From Hydrurus foetidus (taxonomy: Eukaryota): 64,000 bases of DNA. The DNA is taken from contig UYFQ01000004.1 of the NCBI GenBank assembly GCA_900617105.1, positions 62,001 to 126,000 of the forward strand. The letters are read 5' to 3'. The notes under the pieces were generated by a model. The model was not told where the DNA came from and made no database searches. It saw only the letters and a program-made list of their open reading frames with translations. The translations under genes were made by a program, and so were the position numbers. This document shows positions 59,703-64,000 of this stretch, one piece after another (position 1 is the first letter of the stretch; each line of letters starts with the position of its first letter).

Positions 59703-60671
59703 TTATTGCGACACTGCCTTGAGAACCTTGTCGATCGTTAGTTTTTCCGTTCCCTCTGCCAGGAATTGGTTTACAAATGCCAGCAGCGTCGGATCCTGGA
59801 TACCTACTGCGATACCCAAACTGTCTTCAAGATCCTTAAAGGTCACTGTGCGCAGCGTCAGCGAAACCGTGGGGTCGATTTTCAGCAGTCGCTTGATCTC
59901 GAATTCATCGCGGTAAGCCGCCATGATCTGGCCTTTTTCAAGCGCTTTCAGCACATCGCCCCAACTGGGAAACTCGCGTATCTCGGCATTGGGGAAGTTC
60001 TTGACCGCATAGTCGGCAAATGACGATTTTGCGATCACCCCAATGGACCCTTTGAAACCACGGATGACGGCCGGCAAAGGACGGTCACCCGCCAACTCTG
60101 CGAACTTGACGCGATTCAGAACAAACGCATGGTTCAAGCGCAGATACGGATCGGTGAAACTGATGGTTTGAGCGCGCGCTAAAGTACGAGAAAGTTTGCT
60201 AATCCCAAGATCCGCCTCCTGGCGAGCCACTACCGCAACCACTTCGTTGAAAGTCTGCGCGCTGCGATCAAACCGCACGGTAACTTTAAGCTGTTTTGCA
60301 ATCGCTTTGGCCAGGTCAACCTCCAGCCCCACCAGTTCGCCATCCCGGGTGTAAAAGAAAGGCGGCGAATCTACACCAAGCATGGCTACGATAAGTTCTC
60401 CACGATTGACGATCCGAGCAATGTCAGGGGCCAACAAACGTCCATCGGCTACCTTGACCAACGTCGAACTCGGCAATGCCGGGGCAGGGACGAGCGCGGC
60501 CACCTCGACCATGGCTGCTGGTTTCGCAGTTGCGGGGGTCAGAGGTGCGCCTTGCACCCCCATTGTCATCCACGCACCCGTCAATAGCGCAACGCACTGG
60601 AGTGCGTGTCGGATCACGGGTCGTGACCTGCGGTGCAAAGGTAAGCTCCGGTAATTCTTCATCATGTTCAT
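59703..60671 (-). CDS. Periplasmic polar amino-acid-binding protein (SBP family 3)
   Basis: Hydrophobic signal segment; I..RGEL.VAM...DSPPF, G.EVDLAKAIA..L.V, DLGISKLS.T..R...I.FT.PY. Confidence 0.88.
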   Translation of the reverse strand: MNMMKNYRSLPLHRRSRPVIRHALQCVALLTGAWMTMGVQGAPLTPATAKPAAMVEVAALVPAPALPSSTLVKVADGRLLAPDIARIVNRGELIVAMLGVDSPPFFYTRDGELVGLEVDLAKAIAKQLKVTVRFDRSAQTFNEVVAVVARQEADLGISKLSRTLARAQTISFTDPYLRLNHAFVLNRVKFAELAGDRPLPAVIRGFKGSIGVIAKSSFADYAVKNFPNAEIREFPSWGDVLKALEKGQIMAAYRDEFEIKRLLKIDPTVSLTLRTVTFKDLEDSLGIAVGIQDPTLLAFVNQFLAEGTEKLTIDKVLKAVSQ

Positions 60672-60895
60672 GGTTTGGTTGTAGGTACCAACGGGGCCAC
60701 CAGCTCGGCAGCACCCGGCAACTTAGGCGGTGCAGGCAACGCCTTGGAAAGATCTGGGGCCTGGATACTGATCGTTTGGCCAGCCATTTTCTGCCCAATC
60801 TCTAGACCCACCAGGAAAAGCAAAACACAAAGCAGCACGAGACACGCCCCGGCCAAGGTAACCATGCGCGGCGTCATTGAAAAGGTGTATTGCAT
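60668..60895 (-). CDS. Small single-pass membrane protein (75 aa)
   Basis: One TM helix ending GxxxGQK plus a Pro-rich tail; 17 nt after DUF4280; ATGA overlap with the SBP gene. Confidence 0.72.
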   Translation of the reverse strand: MQYTFSMTPRMVTLAGACLVLLCVLLFLVGLEIGQKMAGQTISIQAPDLSKALPAPPKLPGAAELVAPLVPTTKP

Positions 60896-60912
60896 GAACT
60901 AGTGACCTCGCG

Positions 60913-61299
60913 TTAGGGGACCATGACCGTCGTTTGCCCTGGCACCAAGACCTGAATCACACCACCCCAATTGCACATCAATTTGGAAGAGTTCTGCAAG
61001 CTCGGCATGCCTCCCACCATCACGGTCGGCGCCCCAGGCGCCCAGGGGGCCGCCGTGACGGGTATGCATGGCATGGGTGTCAACACGCCCAGTGCCGCTG
61101 CCGTCGCCGCTATAACCATCGGGTTGGCCGGGCAGTTGCACACACCAAAGGGCAGAATGTTGACCATGGGCTTGTTGTCCATGATGTTGGCCGCAGGGGT
61201 ACCTGTCATGACCTTATTGGCAGGCAGCACCATCAGCGTTCCCGGCGCCGCGCCAAAACTGCACTGAAGATTGGCGCCCATGGCTACTTGAATTCCCAT
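60913..61299 (-). CDS. DUF4280 PAAR-like spike-tip protein
   Basis: GA.LQCSFG, NI.PFG.C, C.P....W.PG.PTV, S.LMC.WGG.I. Confidence 0.9.
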   Translation of the reverse strand: MGIQVAMGANLQCSFGAAPGTLMVLPANKVMTGTPAANIMDNKPMVNILPFGVCNCPANPMVIAATAAALGVLTPMPCIPVTAAPWAPGAPTVMVGGMPSLQNSSKLMCNWGGVIQVLVPGQTTVMVP

Positions 61300-61301
61300 G
61301 T

Positions 61302-62000
61302 TCAGCCTTTCACTAGTTGTTCGAGCCGCTGCATTATGCCGGGCTTGGCACTGCTGCTCTGTATTTCGTCGCCGTTCTGATCGAAGCTGCGCACTGCAGA
61401 AATCGGCTTGCCGGCCTTGTAGTCCTGTGTCTCCAGAATCTTCCCGTCGGGCCAGAAACGCATCACGGTACCGTCCAGCAGATTGTCTTTGTAGGGGGAC
61501 TTCTGCACGGGCTTTCCATCGCGGTTGAAGTCCACAGTCTCTCCGTTTTGCAGGTTCGCCCTGTAAGTCACCTTGCGCACGATACGGCCCTCGCTCAGGT
61601 AGAGCGCCTCGCCTTCGAGCAGGCCTTGCACATACATCTGCTTGGCAGAGACTTCTCCGGCCTCGGAGTACATCACGCTGGGGCCGTGCAACTTGCCCTG
61701 TTGGTAGTTCTGCTCCATCAACCGCCGACCTGCCGCGTAGATACGCGTCACACCGTGCTGCACTCCGGCTGCATAGCTGGCCTCCTGCAACAGGCGCCCC
61801 TGTTCGTCGCGCGTCACCAGCAACCCCTGCAGCACGCCATCCACATAGGGAGCCTTGACCTCGGTCGTGCCGTCCGCTGCAAAAGCGCTGAAATCGCCAT
61901 GCAAGACGCCTGCCAATAGGCTGGAGCGCTGCGTCAGCCGCCCCTCGCCATCGAACTGCTCGATGGTTTGCGGCGTCGCGTTGAAAGAGGCGTCGTCCAT
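61302..62000 (-). CDS. MORN-variant repeat protein (YwqK-like antitoxin family)
   Basis: About 8 repeats of Y..G.L.G....Y/F...G at 23-24 aa spacing; 1 nt after vgrG. Confidence 0.85.
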   Translation of the reverse strand: MDDASFNATPQTIEQFDGEGRLTQRSSLLAGVLHGDFSAFAADGTTEVKAPYVDGVLQGLLVTRDEQGRLLQEASYAAGVQHGVTRIYAAGRRLMEQNYQQGKLHGPSVMYSEAGEVSAKQMYVQGLLEGEALYLSEGRIVRKVTYRANLQNGETVDFNRDGKPVQKSPYKDNLLDGTVMRFWPDGKILETQDYKAGKPISAVRSFDQNGDEIQSSSAKPGIMQRLEQLVKG

Positions 62001-62001
62001 A

Positions 62002-63969
62002 TCAGTTGATCTTCACCATGCCACCTTTGAGGGTCAGCATGCCGCCGCCATCCACCGTTTGTGTCGCAGATGCCTTGCTATTGACCATGGCACCTTCGTT
62101 GTCCAGCGTAGTGCCAGCCTTATTCTTGAGGCCGGTCCCGGCCTGATTGGTTAGCTCCGTTCCGGCCTTGTTGGTCAAGGCAGTCCCTGCCTCATTGGTG
62201 AACGTGGTGCCAGCCTTGCTCGACACGCTGCTGGCCGATTTGATGGTGATCGTGCCGGTGACATCGATCAGCAGGTCGCCCGTTACCTTGAGTTCGTATT
62301 TGCCGGTGACCGTCTGCTGAAAATCCGCCTTGTTGGTATGCGTTTCGTTGCCGGTGATGGTCAAATCTCGCGTGCCCTTGACGTTGTGGGTTTCCTTGCC
62401 GGTCTGCACGTCAACGGTGCGGTCGCCTTTTTCCAGGGTGTGGATTTCAGCGCCCTTGTGCAGCGTGGTGGTCAGATCATTTTCAATCTCCACCTTCATG
62501 TCCTTCTGGGCGTGAAAGTAAAACTCCTCGGAATCCTTTTTATCTTCCATGCGCATCTCGTTCCCGGCAGCGCCCTCTTTGGAGGAGCGCGACTTGATGG
62601 TGCTCTGGGTTTGCATGGATGGCAGCGCAACCGGCGGCACGTTCTCGGCGTTGTAGACGCTACCGGTCACCAGCGGGCGGTCCGGGTCGCCGTCCACGAA
62701 GCTGACGACGACTTCCTGCCCAATGCGCGGCAAAAACAGGCTGCCCCAGCCCTTGCCGGCCCACGACTGCGCAACCCGAACCCAGCAAGAGCTTTTGTCA
62801 TCCTTGGCACCCAGCCGGTCCCAATGGAACTGCACTTTGATGCGCCCGTGTTCATCGGTCCAGATTTCCTCGCCCGAAGGGCCGACCACGAAGGCCGTCT
62901 GGCTGCCCGATACTCTTGGCAAAGCGGTATGGCGTGGCGTGCGGTAAGGCACTGTGGCATCAAACGCTTCAAACGCATTGCAGTACTGGTCCGGGCTGGC
63001 CCAGTGTGTCACCGAGCGCAATACCAAGGCCGCGTTCAGGCTTGCACGCGGGTGGTCCGTTAAGTTGAACTTGGTTCCTGCCGTTAGCGGATAGCTGTAG
63101 CTGGTGCCACGGCAGATCGCGCCCTGGTTTTGGCTGGCCTGAGAACGCACGGTGGCACGCTGCGTTCCATCAGCGGCTACCGCATGGTTGCCGGGATAGA
63201 CAAACTGTTTTCCCTTGCCGAGGGTACCGTCCACCTCGGCTTTCAGCGCAGTGGTGGGCGTGAGGTAATTGAAATCGCCGAACTCAAACTTCTGCGACAC
63301 CAGCCGGCTTTCCAACTCCAGCTGGTTGACGATGGTCATGCGTCGGCGGCCATCCTGGTCCGGGAAATACTTCAGGTCAGTGGCATCGGCACACACCGTG
63401 TGCGCACTGGCAGCGTCGGCCAGCACCATAGTGTGTACGCCGTCGGCGAACGTAAAGTAGTAGAAGATGCCTTCTTCCTCCATCAGCCGTGCAATGAAGT
63501 CGAATGCGGTCTCGTCGTACTGGACGCAGTATTCGCGGACGCCGTAGGTGCCGGTGAGCTTGGCATCAAACACCACGGCGAAGTCTCCAAGCACTTCCTT
63601 GATGATGTCGGCCGCCGTCTTCTTCTGGTAAATCTTGCGGTCGCGGCTGAGTGTCAGCAGCCAGAGCGTAGGCACCATTTCCGCAGTGTAGAAAGAGAAT
63701 GCGTCGTCCCCTCCGGCATGCAGAAACCGCGAGGCAATGCCACTGAAATAGCGCTTTGGCCCCTTGGGCACCTGAAGTTTGACCGTCATGATCGCGCCGA
63801 TGATGGTCTTAGGGTCCAACGTCGCTTTGGCAGCGCGCATGGACAGCGAGAATTTAAAGGGCTCGGAGATGGCCTCCACACCGTGGAAGGTATCCAAGAT
63901 CAATGCATCTGCGCCGAAGGGCGTGGTCACACTCATCACGGAGTTCTGTTGGGTAAAGCCTTCACGCAT
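62002..63969 (-). CDS. vgrG: Type VI secretion spike protein VgrG (no evolved effector domain)
   Basis: E.ISEPF, REYCVQYDET..DF..RLMEEEGI, DEHGRIKVQFHWDR, SSCWVRV.Q.WAG..WG..FLPRIGQEV, HAQKDM; ends G..VKIN. Confidence 0.97.
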   Translation of the reverse strand: MREGFTQQNSVMSVTTPFGADALILDTFHGVEAISEPFKFSLSMRAAKATLDPKTIIGAIMTVKLQVPKGPKRYFSGIASRFLHAGGDDAFSFYTAEMVPTLWLLTLSRDRKIYQKKTAADIIKEVLGDFAVVFDAKLTGTYGVREYCVQYDETAFDFIARLMEEEGIFYYFTFADGVHTMVLADAASAHTVCADATDLKYFPDQDGRRRMTIVNQLELESRLVSQKFEFGDFNYLTPTTALKAEVDGTLGKGKQFVYPGNHAVAADGTQRATVRSQASQNQGAICRGTSYSYPLTAGTKFNLTDHPRASLNAALVLRSVTHWASPDQYCNAFEAFDATVPYRTPRHTALPRVSGSQTAFVVGPSGEEIWTDEHGRIKVQFHWDRLGAKDDKSSCWVRVAQSWAGKGWGSLFLPRIGQEVVVSFVDGDPDRPLVTGSVYNAENVPPVALPSMQTQSTIKSRSSKEGAAGNEMRMEDKKDSEEFYFHAQKDMKVEIENDLTTTLHKGAEIHTLEKGDRTVDVQTGKETHNVKGTRDLTITGNETHTNKADFQQTVTGKYELKVTGDLLIDVTGTITIKSASSVSSKAGTTFTNEAGTALTNKAGTELTNQAGTGLKNKAGTTLDNEGAMVNSKASATQTVDGGGMLTLKGGMVKIN

Positions 63970-64000
63970 TGCCGGTCAGTCCTCGGATGTCAGCGCAAAC

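Noticed and set aside
63976..64000. 3' end of an upstream minus-strand gene (...FALTSED*)
   Set aside because: Probably another T6SS gene, but too short to identify.

Overview
GC-rich betaproteobacterial chromosome; gene content and intergenic repeats suggest Comamonadaceae (Rhodoferax/Acidovorax-like), which is an inference. Four blocks are visible. (1) 1-15.2 kb: Lap-type biofilm module, with the 3' part of a giant RTX adhesin (12 near-identical 678-bp repeats, PA14 domain, RTX repeats, T1SS tail), lapD, lapG and a TolC/LapE channel carrying an extra C-terminal NTF2-like domain. (2) 15.2-28.3 kb: ssb, an MFS transporter, uvrA and a light/UV-stress island with three different photolyase/cryptochrome-family genes, DUF2256, a TIGR03643 protein, HiPIP, an SDR and a B12-independent LitR-like MerR regulator. 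(3) 28.3-44.1 kb: sigma54 activator/aldehyde dehydrogenase/DUF779, DUF1501-DUF1800, pyrF, UDG, rimI, tsaB, dacB, SulP-STAS-cNMP and DUF3422. (4) 44.2-64 kb, minus strand: the distal part of an atypical type VI secretion operon, which is the most notable feature. Between vgrG-MORN-DUF4280(PAAR-like) and tssJKLM-tssA lies a tightly coupled cassette of a small TM protein, an orphan amino-acid-binding protein, two DAACS/SLC1 transporters with the NMDGT cation motif replaced by xRxG, and an Asp/Glu racemase. The operon ends with a 1210-aa helical protein of unknown function. No rRNA, tRNA, CRISPR array or transposase was recognised. All family calls come from motifs read by eye, not from database searches.
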